A stretch of 62,970 nt of DNA, the filler included, from Chrysochromulina tobinii (taxonomy: Eukaryota), in assembly GCA_001275005.1 (NCBI GenBank). It is 7 parts of 7 records of this genome, joined end to end, with 100 filler letters (N's around TTAATTAATTAA, not from the genome) between each part and the next. Parts side by side here need not be neighbours in the genome. Positions count along the whole stretch, not along the records: positions 40,370 to 57,851 come from JWZX01000725.1; 6 more parts are not named here. One strand, 5' to 3'. Below, piece by piece: positions 41,557-50,976 of this stretch; positions within the stretch are counted from its first letter, which is position 1; each line of letters starts with the position of its first letter. The notes beneath the pieces were generated by a model. The model was not told where the DNA came from and did no database searches. It was given only the letters and a program-made list of their open reading frames with translations. The position numbers and the translations under genes are program-made.

Positions 41557-42627
41557 ATGCAGAGCGAGGCCTTTCTCCGCGACGTTCACGAAACGCTGCT
41601 GCGCTTCTGCGGTTGCGCAACAGCGTCCGCCGATAGACGCCCTCCAGTCGCCTACAGTCGCCCGAAAAAAGCAGGTTGCCCGACGCGTGGCGTCATGTAC
41701 TACTACTGCGGCACCTCGAAGACGCCAATGGAAGATAACATCTTGTTGGCGCCGTTTGATGACCCCACAAACCTTGCGAAGAATGTGGAGACAGGAGTGG
41801 TCAAAGGCGTGGCTGTTACTGTGCATGATGGGCGTGTGGACAATGAGCTCATGGGTCGCGGCACCCAGCCTATGCGCGTGCTTGACACGAGAGGTCTGCT
41901 ACTGCAGCAGCATGTCTCTAAAGTGAGCGACTTCTGGGACGAGGCTCTGGTCTTGTCCCTTCACTACCCTGAGATGCAACGTCTTTCCCAGGAGCTCACC
42001 AAGTGCGACCGCACGGCGGTGGCCGCGCATGCACTTCGAGGCAACAAGACCGAAATGGGACGTCCTGCGGCCTATTTTGTGCATAACGATTTCAGCGACC
42101 GCCTCAAGGCTCTCTACGAAGACCTGATTGCCTCAGGTGACAGGAATATCATCACCGACGCCGTGTCCGCAGGGGGTCTTGGAGTCACCTCCGAGCAGTT
42201 CAAGGCAGGCAGGCTCGTGGTGTTAAATTACTGGAGGCCCATGCAAAAGGAACCAATCCAGCGCAACCCGCTCGCAGTCATCGATTCTACTACCATGCAA
42301 CGAAGTGAAGTCGTGCAGTTCCCCCACTACATGCGGCAGGCCTATGGCAGCTTTGTCAAATTCTTCCGCATCCCGACGAACCCACACGTGAATGTGGGCA
42401 TCAGGCCGAGCGACGAGCACCGGTGGTACTACTTTCCGGGGATGACACGTGATGAAGTCCTCGCGTTCAAGAATTACGATTCCTCCGCGCCGCAGCCAGG
42501 CAACGGGATCGGCATGCACACGTCCTTCGATGACCCGAACACTCCGGCCTCCGCTCCCTCGCCGCGCGAGTCCATCGAAATTCGCGTCCTCTGCTTCTGG
42601 TTTGGAGCGGGCGACGGGGGCCGTTGA
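41557..42627 (+). CDS. CmcJ/NvfI/AsaB-like oxidoreductase (2OG-Fe hydroxylase/desaturase)
   Basis: VHND (HxD), LNYWRP...PLAVID, HRWYYFPGMTRDEVLAFK.YDS, HTSFDDP, RESIEIR. Confidence 0.9.
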   Translation: MQSEAFLRDVHETLLRFCGCATASADRRPPVAYSRPKKAGCPTRGVMYYYCGTSKTPMEDNILLAPFDDPTNLAKNVETGVVKGVAVTVHDGRVDNELMGRGTQPMRVLDTRGLLLQQHVSKVSDFWDEALVLSLHYPEMQRLSQELTKCDRTAVAAHALRGNKTEMGRPAAYFVHNDFSDRLKALYEDLIASGDRNIITDAVSAGGLGVTSEQFKAGRLVVLNYWRPMQKEPIQRNPLAVIDSTTMQRSEVVQFPHYMRQAYGSFVKFFRIPTNPHVNVGIRPSDEHRWYYFPGMTRDEVLAFKNYDSSAPQPGNGIGMHTSFDDPNTPASAPSPRESIEIRVLCFWFGAGDGGR

Positions 42628-43026
42628 GACCGGACCCTGGGTCCCTGAGCGTCCTGAGACTCGCGTAGCGGAGGCGCGGAGTGCGGAGGCAGCGCAGCAC
42701 GGAGAGAGGGGTTGGGGCCGGGTCAGGGTACTGTAGGGTTCCGCTACACCGTCAGTGGGGGCCCGAACGCGAGACGGCTGCGCTTCTTCGGTCGGTCAGG
42801 GTTTCGTCGTGCGCGTGGTCCCGCGATCGGGCTCCAACCCACCAACCATGCCACCATCCGACCCGACCGTGGGTCCGGGGAGCGGGGTGCGTCATGGGGT
42901 GCGTGGGACCGTCCACGTGCGACGTGGACGCGCGAAAACGGTTAACGCGGCTTGAGCTCCACTACACCGCACCGCACGCCCGTAACTTGTAAAGACACGC
43001 GATGCTCAGCAACGGCGTATCACCTA

Positions 43027-44376
43027 TCATCTTGGCGGCGGCAGATCCGGCGCCGTGGCGAGCGGCCAGGCTGCACGCGTGCTCGCGGGCACGTCGCCGA
43101 GCGAGAACTCGAGTGCGGCGTCGAAGACGAGGCCGTTGAGGGGCTGGGGCACGAAGCGCATCGCGTTGCGGACGGCCTCGGCCGGCGGCGACGTGGGCCG
43201 CGCGAGCGCCGCCGTAAAGGCCGTCGCGAGGCGGCACTGACGCACGCGCGCCTCATGAGACCCCTGGTAGCTTGCAAACGCACGCTGCCACGCGCCGTCG
43301 TTCAAGGGCGGCTTGCCGGCGCGGCCGTCGGCGCCGGCGCCGAGCGCGGCGCAGAGGGCCTCGCCCAGCAGGTACGCGCCCTCGATGCTCGCTGCCGCGC
43401 CCTGTGCCAGGTTGATCGGCAGCGCGTGTGCTGCATCACCCACGAGCACACAACGACCCGTCCACCAGCGGCCGCCCGCTGGTAAGGGTGGCGCCATCAG
43501 AACACGCTCCGCACGGAACGCGTCCATCGAGTGTGCGGGAGCGGCGGCCTGCTCTTGCGCCATGGACGCCTCGGCGGCGGCGCACGCAGCTGCGTGCAGC
43601 ACCGTCGGGATCGGATCGTGCCAGCCCTCGTACGCCGCGCGCAGTGAGGCCATGCCGCGAGCGTCGGCGCGCTCATCGACGCTTCCGACGGCGAGAGGTC
43701 GCGTCGCAAACCAGAAGCCGCCCCCGCCGGCGAGCGGCACGACGGCGAAGCGGCGGCCGGCCGAGAGGGTCTCGAAGGCGAGCGACGGCGTTGCCGACGC
43801 CCGCTGTGCGAAGATGCTCTTGAGCGCGCCGGGCGATGAAGGCAGCAACAAGCCACCATGCGACACGAAGCCCGTGTCAATGGCCGCGGCGCTGTCGCCT
43901 CCGAACGCGAGGCGACGAATGGCCGAGTTGGCGCCGTCGGCACCGACGACGATTTCGCCCTCAACGGTGACCCCGGTTGCCAACTTCAGCGTCACGCCCT
44001 CCGCCGACTGGTGCAACTCGACCACCTCACCACTCTCACTCTCCAGAGGAAGGCCGTCCACCAGGGCTCGCAATAGCGCCGACTCGCGCAGAGCGACGAC
44101 GCGCGAGTTATTGGCGTGTGTGTCCGTGCTGCGAGAGAGCCAGCGGCCATCCACCGACCTGTAGGCCGCCGCCGGGATGCGCAACTCTGTGTCCAGTGTG
44201 CTTCCGAGGCCGAGCTTCCGCAGGGCAACCTGAGCGCGGCCCCAGATGCCGAGGCCGCGATCGACGCGCCGCGTCCTCGAGGCCTCGAGGACGCGAGTTG
44301 GCACGCCACTCAGCGCGAGCGACCGGGCTAACGTCAGGCCTGCGACGCCGCCGCCGACTATGATCACTGAGCGCAT
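43027..44376 (-). CDS. FAD-dependent monooxygenase (aromatic-ring hydroxylase class)
   Basis: IVGGGVAGL, VVGADGANSAIR, LVGDAAHA.P.NLAQGA..SIE. Confidence 0.95.
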   Translation of the reverse strand: MRSVIIVGGGVAGLTLARSLALSGVPTRVLEASRTRRVDRGLGIWGRAQVALRKLGLGSTLDTELRIPAAAYRSVDGRWLSRSTDTHANNSRVVALRESALLRALVDGLPLESESGEVVELHQSAEGVTLKLATGVTVEGEIVVGADGANSAIRRLAFGGDSAAAIDTGFVSHGGLLLPSSPGALKSIFAQRASATPSLAFETLSAGRRFAVVPLAGGGGFWFATRPLAVGSVDERADARGMASLRAAYEGWHDPIPTVLHAAACAAAEASMAQEQAAAPAHSMDAFRAERVLMAPPLPAGGRWWTGRCVLVGDAAHALPINLAQGAAASIEGAYLLGEALCAALGAGADGRAGKPPLNDGAWQRAFASYQGSHEARVRQCRLATAFTAALARPTSPPAEAVRNAMRFVPQPLNGLVFDAALEFSLGDVPASTRAAWPLATAPDLPPPR

Positions 44377-44582
44377 TGACTAGACCTGGTGGGCGCATTC
44401 TTTTCACAAGGTCGCGCGAAATTTATTTCGGCGGCGCTTCCACGAGGCGGAATACTTACACGTGTTGGAGCTCAAGAACCGGGGAAACTTACTGTCGATG
44501 TTGAATTTTCTGAAACGTGCGACTTTTCCACACGAGGCGCCTAAACGACCTGCGAATCGCTCCCTGATCGCTCCCTTCGGCA

Positions 44583-46228
44583 ATGGCGCGGTCAGTGAGC
44601 CTCTTCCACGACGAGAGGATCTCCGTGCACGCCTCCATCGAGGGCAGCCTGCTCAAACCGCACATATTGAAGTGCGTGCGCCGCGCGCGCGCGCTGCGAG
44701 TGCCAGTGGGAGAGCGCTCAGCGCGTTCCCAGGCACCCACAGATTCTCAGAGGCCCTCCCGCTGACGCACGCGCGCCGATCGTACGCTCGCAGGCTCACC
44801 TACGAGCTCATCAAGGCATACGGCCTGCTGAATCACGTCAGCCTGCGCCTGACACCAACGCAGTGGCAGCCGGCGTCTGTGGCCGAGGTGACGCGCTTCC
44901 ACACTGATGCATACGTGCACTTCCTAGAGCAGCTTGAGAGCAACGCCGCCGAGGTGCGCGACGAGGCGGGCAACTACGTGCTCAACCCGAGCGTCGTCTT
45001 TACCGAGACGGCGTGGCTATACTCGCAGGCCTACACGGGCGGCTCGCTGGCTGCGGCGCGCATGCTGCGGAGCAGCGAGACCGACATCGCCATCTGCTGG
45101 ATGGGCGGGCAGACGCACGCGCGGCGCGACTGTGCGTCGGGCTTCTCGTTCGTGAACGACGTGGTGCTCGCGATCCTGGCGCTGCTACAGCCGTCCGTCG
45201 AGGAGCCGAACGAGGAGCGTCGCGTGCTCTTCCTCAACCTGGACGCCTGGCATTGCTCGGGCGTCGAGGAGGCCTTCTACACCACAGACCGCGTGCTGTG
45301 CCTCTCGCTGCACCACCGCGCCGACGGGGTGTACCCGGGCTCGGGCGGGAGCGCCGACTGTGGCGAGGAGCGCGGCAAGCACCACACGATCAACCTGCCC
45401 GTCTCCGACGGCCTCACCGACGAGAACCTCGATGCGCTACTGCTGCCTGTGCTTGCGGCGGCGGCGGAGCGATTCTGCCCGCACGTGATTGTGTGCTGCG
45501 CGGGCGCGGGCTTGATCGCGGGCGACCGGCTCGGATGCCTGAACGTGTCGCTCGACGGCCACAGCAGAGTCCTCAAGGCCCTCATGTCTCTTGAGCTCCC
45601 TCTGCTCGTTCTGGGCGGCTGCGGCTTCACGCAGCTCAATGCGGCCAAGGTCTGGTGCCACGCCACCGCGACGCTCTGCGGCGTCGAGCTACCGATGGCG
45701 CTGCCCGAGCACAGTTACATGGACTACTACTTGCATGAGCCTACGCTCTCCGTGCCGACCTGCACCCTCGACAACCGCAACAGCGCCCTCGCCCTCGAGG
45801 CACTGAAGGAGACAGCCTTATACTCTGTGGAGCAGATGCCTCAGCGTGTGAAGCCGCAGCTCAAGCCCGTGCGAGCGGCGGCGCCACCGGCGGACGCGCC
45901 GCCGCCGCTTGCTCGCACGTCGACGTCTGTCATCGGCGGCGCCTCCGCCTGCATCGGCCTCGCCGCGACCGGCGCGCCGCCAACAGACGTCGAGATGCGA
46001 TCTGCGCGTACTCGATGTGAGTCAACAGCGGACGCGTCGGCGGCGGCGAGCGGCATGGAGCCCGCAGCGGTGCCTCCGGCTAGCGCCGACGAAGGGGGGG
46101 GGGCGCCTGCGCCCGTGCCCGCGGGCGAGAACGGTGCCGTGGTGGGCATGGACGTGGACGGCGGCGAGGGCGATGCAGGTCGCGAGCGGATAGACGACGA
46201 CATGGTCGCCGAGGAGCACCGGCGGTGA
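44583..46228 (+). CDS. Class I (RPD3-like) histone deacetylase homolog with degenerate active site; intron 44672-44793
   Basis: KPH, RFHTDAYV.FL, ASGFSFVNDVVLAI, GVEEAFYTTDRV, INLPV.DG, GDRLGCLN; a GT-AG intron joins ILK|LTYELIKAYGL. Confidence 0.9.
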
Positions 46229-46880
46229 GCGCCGTAACGGGCGGATGAGCACCGGCACCAGCGAGCACCGGCAGCGAGCACCGGCAGTGGCCTCTGGCAG
46301 GTAGCATCGGCAGGTCGGTGAGAGCTGCACGGCCACCTGCTGGAGCAGCTGCAGGTGCACGCGGTCGAGAAGCCGGCAACGGCAGGTCGACGCCCTCTCG
46401 TGCGCGGGGCGCCCGCGGCGGCGGCCGGGCATCCCCCATTCACACAGGCCTGGAAGCGGCGGCGCTCGCGGCAGCGGCAGCGCTCAGGCCGATTTTGCTC
46501 AGTTCGTATTGGCGCGCGTGCGACGGTCACGCCGGCGCGCTACGCCGGGGCACTCGAGAGAAGAGGCGGCCACAAACACGGTGTGGAGCCTCGTGTCGGC
46601 AGGCCGCGGTGGCTGCATGGCGTCTTGACGTGTGCCTCCTCTGTCCACTGTGTCGCGCTCTCGTGTTCATCCACTTCTGGCTTCGCCCCCCCGGCGCTTT
46701 GACTTTCCTCCTGACGATTCACGATAGCGAGAAGCCTCGCCCCAAAAAGCATAATTCCTTTACCGCCCTACGTCCCCTAACAAGACGCCACTCACGTCAA
46801 GGGTGCGCCGCGTCCAGGACCAGCGCCCACCCCAGGGCATCATCTGGGGCTGCGGGGGGTTCCGCAGATGATCAGTTGCC

Positions 46881-46944
46881 CTTGACTTGACTTGACTTGA
46901 CTTGACTTGACTTGACTTGACTTGACTTGTCTTGACTTGACTTG
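46881..46944. repeat. (CTTGA)n pentanucleotide microsatellite about 40 nt upstream of the MYB start codon
   Basis: About 12 units, one of them variant. Confidence 0.95.
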
Positions 46945-46985
46945 ATTGACAGGTTGTAGTGCCCTTCACACCGCACGAAGAGAAA

Positions 46986-48845
46986 ATGGCTGAACGACCC
47001 AAAAGGCAGGCCTCACAGGAGTTGGAGCGCTCCGATAGTCAACACGAAGTGCTCGAGGCTGATTCCAACGCGCCCGCAAAGCCACGCCGACCATCACGAA
47101 TAAGGACGATTTCGAACAAGATGTTCAGACTCTTTCGCCGGAGCTCCAAAGATCTTGGTGGGACGAGCTCCGAAGGGGCGGCAACGCCTCCGGCTCTGGC
47201 CGTATCCAGCTCCACATCCATGAAAGATGCCGAGCCGGATGCTGATCAAGAACCCGATGCAGTGGCGATGCACTCGCACCCATCGTCTCCGGGCCACGAA
47301 GGGATCACAGATGAGCGCTCCGAGTTCGCAGAGCTCTCGCGCCTGACGGAGGTCTCTGTTGAAGAGTCTACGAGTGAGCCGCTCTCGCTGCACGGCAGGT
47401 CGCTCCACCAGCGGCAAGGGGACGCGAGCTTCTGCACATCCGCTGCCGGCCCTGCCGTGCCGCTGTCGGTTGCGTGCCCGCCGATGCTAAAAGGGAGGGC
47501 GTCAAGCAAGTTGTCAGTCAGCAGTCTCGTGAACATGCTGAGCGGCTCCATGTCGAGCCTCTTCACGCCGCGTTCGCCTCGCGGAGGGCAGAGCGGTGCC
47601 AGCGCGGGCGGCATTGAGGGCGGCGGTGGTGAGGGTGGCAGCGAGGTTGGTGCAGGGGAGGGCGGCGGTAAGGGTGGCGGCGAGGGTGGTGGATGGGAGG
47701 GCGGGGATGGCAATGGCGATGGTGCGAGTGGCGGTGGCAAGGTAGAGAGTGAGAGTGGCGGTGGCGGTGGCGGTGGCGGTGGCGGTGGCGTCATCCATGG
47801 CGTCGGCGTCGGCGAGGGTGGCTCAGCGGCCGACATGCCCTTAGTGGCGGAGGACGAGGGCGCATTCCTGGGCGCTAAGCGGCCGAGGACCCCTCCGTGG
47901 GAGTACTCCTGCGAGATTGAGGAGATGGTGGAGATTGCGGACCAGTATGGGAGCGACGCCCCTCTTGAGCACATGATCGACCTTCACCAGCTCGAGATGA
48001 TCGTGCGCGAGCAGGCAGCCGCAGCCGGCGATCTCGAGGAGGAGATGGTTTCGCCTGGGCAGGTTGCTCTGCGGGAGCTCGCCGAGATGCTCGACCCGGC
48101 AGATTTGCATCGCATCGGTGCCACGTTTGGTATGATCGCCTCGCCATTCTCCTTGCCGCCGCCGCCAATGGCCGGCGGCGAGGGGCTGCCCAGCGCGTTG
48201 CGCACCTCAGAAGACCAAGGACACCTACACGCCTCACACCTACAAGCCATGCCTGTGCACCTGCCCGGCGGCAGTATCGGCAGTTGCAGCACCGCCAGCA
48301 GCAGCGGCAACAGCGGCGGCAACAGCAGTGGCCGCGTCGGCGGCGGAGGCGGCGGCGGAGGCGCGGGCGCGACCGACGGTCGTGTGCGAAACACAATGGG
48401 CCGCAAGGAATGGTCGGCCGAGGAAGACCAAGCAATCATGGAGGGTGTCGCTCTACACGGCCAAAAGTGGCGCGTGATCGCGCAGCTATTCCCCGGGCGC
48501 ACCGACGATGCCGTGCGTAACCGTTGGAAGCGACTCTCTGCGGAGATGGCAGAGGGGCTCACCGAGGGACTTATCGAGGGTCTCGACGGCTCAGCGGCGG
48601 TGGAACCCAGGGCTGCGGCCGGGGCAGCGGCCAAGGGGGAGGCGAAGCAGGCGGCGAACAAGGAACGGCTCGCGTGGAGCAGAGCGGAGGACGCCAAGAT
48701 TGTCGAGTGCGTACAATCCTTTGGCCTCAAATGGAGTCGCATCGCCGAGCAGCTCCCCGGCCGCACCGTCCACGCGATCCGCAACCGCTTCCATCGACTG
48801 CAGACGCTCCAGGCGGAGCAGGCGGCGTTGGCGGCCGCCTCATAG
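46986..48845 (+). CDS. MYB transcription factor with two separated Myb/SANT repeats
   Basis: WSAEEDQAI...KWRVIA..FPGRTDDAVRNRW and WSRAEDAKI...KWSRIA..LPGRT.HAIRNRF. Confidence 0.92.
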   Translation: MAERPKRQASQELERSDSQHEVLEADSNAPAKPRRPSRIRTISNKMFRLFRRSSKDLGGTSSEGAATPPALAVSSSTSMKDAEPDADQEPDAVAMHSHPSSPGHEGITDERSEFAELSRLTEVSVEESTSEPLSLHGRSLHQRQGDASFCTSAAGPAVPLSVACPPMLKGRASSKLSVSSLVNMLSGSMSSLFTPRSPRGGQSGASAGGIEGGGGEGGSEVGAGEGGGKGGGEGGGWEGGDGNGDGASGGGKVESESGGGGGGGGGGGVIHGVGVGEGGSAADMPLVAEDEGAFLGAKRPRTPPWEYSCEIEEMVEIADQYGSDAPLEHMIDLHQLEMIVREQAAAAGDLEEEMVSPGQVALRELAEMLDPADLHRIGATFGMIASPFSLPPPPMAGGEGLPSALRTSEDQGHLHASHLQAMPVHLPGGSIGSCSTASSSGNSGGNSSGRVGGGGGGGGAGATDGRVRNTMGRKEWSAEEDQAIMEGVALHGQKWRVIAQLFPGRTDDAVRNRWKRLSAEMAEGLTEGLIEGLDGSAAVEPRAAAGAAAKGEAKQAANKERLAWSRAEDAKIVECVQSFGLKWSRIAEQLPGRTVHAIRNRFHRLQTLQAEQAALAAAS

Positions 48846-49426
48846 TCTGCGGCTGGCGCAGTCTCATAGGACTAGAGGGAGGAGGCCAGACTGAGGCTCT
48901 TTGGAGAGCGCGAATCGCACAGACAACCCACGCCACGGCCCGATTGAAAAGTCACTCAGTGCCCGTTCAGTGCAACTGCTACTGGGGCTTCCCACAGCCC
49001 GCCTCCGTTCCCCTTACAATCCCCACCACCTGATTCAAAACCAGTGAGAAAAATCAAAGTTTCTAGGGATTTCCAGATCCAGATAGGTCGACTCAACGAT
49101 AGACGTGAAACTGCGCCGATTGGGACGAACCCCTCGAAATTTTGTTTCCGATCTATGTAGGCACCAGACCAACGACGAGCGTGAAGCGCAACCATCCTGC
49201 TTTTGGCTCGCCGCGGTGCTGGAGAAGGAGCATGTTCAGTTGGCGTGCCAAGGATCATGCTCAGCTGGCGATGGTGCCGGCGCCGGTGAGCGGAATGCCT
49301 CCATCTGCACAGCGCCAATGGGCTTCCAGTCCCAGCGCCGCACCAGCATCGCCTCGTGCTCAGGAACTGGAGAATAGTAGCAAAACCAGCGTGCCAGCGT
49401 CGTCGGTTCGGATCTCGGACCAGACC

Positions 49427-50623
49427 ATGTCGACCTTGAGTGCGATTGATGAGGCGGCGATCATCACTGCCTTTGCGACGGCTGACAAGGACGGCAGTGG
49501 CGGGCTCGACTTTACCGAGCTCAACGATGTGCTGTTGTCGCTCAACAATAATCTGACAGACGACGAGCTACGCGCAATCTACAGAGTATGCGACCCGAAC
49601 GGAGATGGCCACGTGACGATGATGGAATTTCTTAAGGTAAGGACCGGCGGTAGGACGATGCCGAGGCGGCCGAGCCCACACAGGACGCCTGGGTTAGGGT
49701 TAGGATTGGACAGGCCTGTCAGCCCGTCTGTCGAGCGCATACTGCGGGCCTCCCCGGACGACATGACCAGCTTTGGGGAGCGGCTCGAAGAGCATCGTCT
49801 GTATGGTGGGAGTGGCTCGAAGGCGAGCTCCGCCGCCCCCATCCCGCCACGCACTCCGCTAAGCCCAGTGCCGGAAGCGGAGCCGTTGTCACCCATGCTC
49901 GAGGCGGCGCTGGAGGCCAGTGCTGCCCTAGGTGCCGCTGAGGCGCGCGCTGCGGCCGCGGAGGCGGCAGCTAGGAGGCTCGAGCACGAGCGAAGAGACG
50001 CGCACGATTGTGCAGCTTTGCTGTGCGCTGTGCTGATCGGCATGGCTCTCGTCCTGCTGGCCGTGGGCGGCGGAGGCTTGTACTACCTCGACACGATTCT
50101 GCCCGACCCACCTCCTTCAATGCCGCCGCCCTTGCCGCCGCCCTCGTCGCCGCCGCCGCCGCCCATGCCGCTCTCGCCGCCGCCGCCCTCGCCCTCGCCG
50201 CCGCCACCGCCCTCACCGCCGCCATCATCGACGCCCGTGTCACCGCCGCGGAAACCGCCGCCACCCTCGCCACCGCCCCCACCACGGCCACCGCCCTCGC
50301 CGCCGCCCCCACCACGGCCACCACCCTCGCCACCACCCCCATCACCGCCGCCACCCACGGTCAGTGCGATGCAGATCTGGGTGGGCCGCCTATTTGGGGT
50401 TCAGCCCGATCATCCTCCCACTCGCTCCGAGGCAATCATCCTCCTCGCTCTCGTCACCACGGCTCTGCTTGCGTGGTACGACGTCTGCCGGCGCTTAGCA
50501 GTACTACGCCTGCTTAGGAAGTCGCAGCTCATTCACGATACCTTGGACCTTCACGCTGAGGTGACACAGACCTCCGCCGGATTCGCGGTTTCGGTCGGCA
50601 GCAACTTAAAGAGCTTGCACTGA
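49427..50623 (+). CDS. EF-hand pair plus TM helices and Pro-rich tract; start and exon structure uncertain
   Basis: DKDGSGGLDFTEL and DPNGDGHVTMMEF loops; two hydrophobic helices flanking (SPPPP)n; possible donor AAG|GTAAGG at 49637. Confidence 0.65.
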   Translation: MSTLSAIDEAAIITAFATADKDGSGGLDFTELNDVLLSLNNNLTDDELRAIYRVCDPNGDGHVTMMEFLKVRTGGRTMPRRPSPHRTPGLGLGLDRPVSPSVERILRASPDDMTSFGERLEEHRLYGGSGSKASSAAPIPPRTPLSPVPEAEPLSPMLEAALEASAALGAAEARAAAAEAAARRLEHERRDAHDCAALLCAVLIGMALVLLAVGGGGLYYLDTILPDPPPSMPPPLPPPSSPPPPPMPLSPPPPSPSPPPPPSPPPSSTPVSPPRKPPPPSPPPPPRPPPSPPPPPRPPPSPPPPSPPPPTVSAMQIWVGRLFGVQPDHPPTRSEAIILLALVTTALLAWYDVCRRLAVLRLLRKSQLIHDTLDLHAEVTQTSAGFAVSVGSNLKSLH

Positions 50624-50976
50624 AGAGCCATTTGAATCTCTTCGTTTCGCGTTGCCGGCGTTTGACGATGTAATACAAGTGTACAATGTGCACCTCTAAA
50701 CGCGGTTCTGGTGGGATACTTTTCGAACTCGGACACAGTTTATGAGCGCAATATGAGCGCAAAGGTGCAGAGCGGAGAGTGCAATCGGAAGGGCGGCGGC
50801 GCTCTTCGCGGGCCGGTCCACCCCAAGCTCTATTCTCACCTCAAGAGCGTTGCAAGATGCAGACGTTCACAGTCTCAATCAAATTCAGAGGCTCCAGCGC
50901 CCTCTCGGCGCCGCCGGCGGCCTCACGCTCGGCTCACGGCGGCGACGGACGAACTGACGGTGTGCTTTGGATTGTG

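Noticed and set aside
49690..49705. Telomere-like GGGTTAGGGTTAGG inside the EF-hand gene
   Set aside because: Only about two units, and I could not find a canonical acceptor that keeps the downstream frame; insufficient support.
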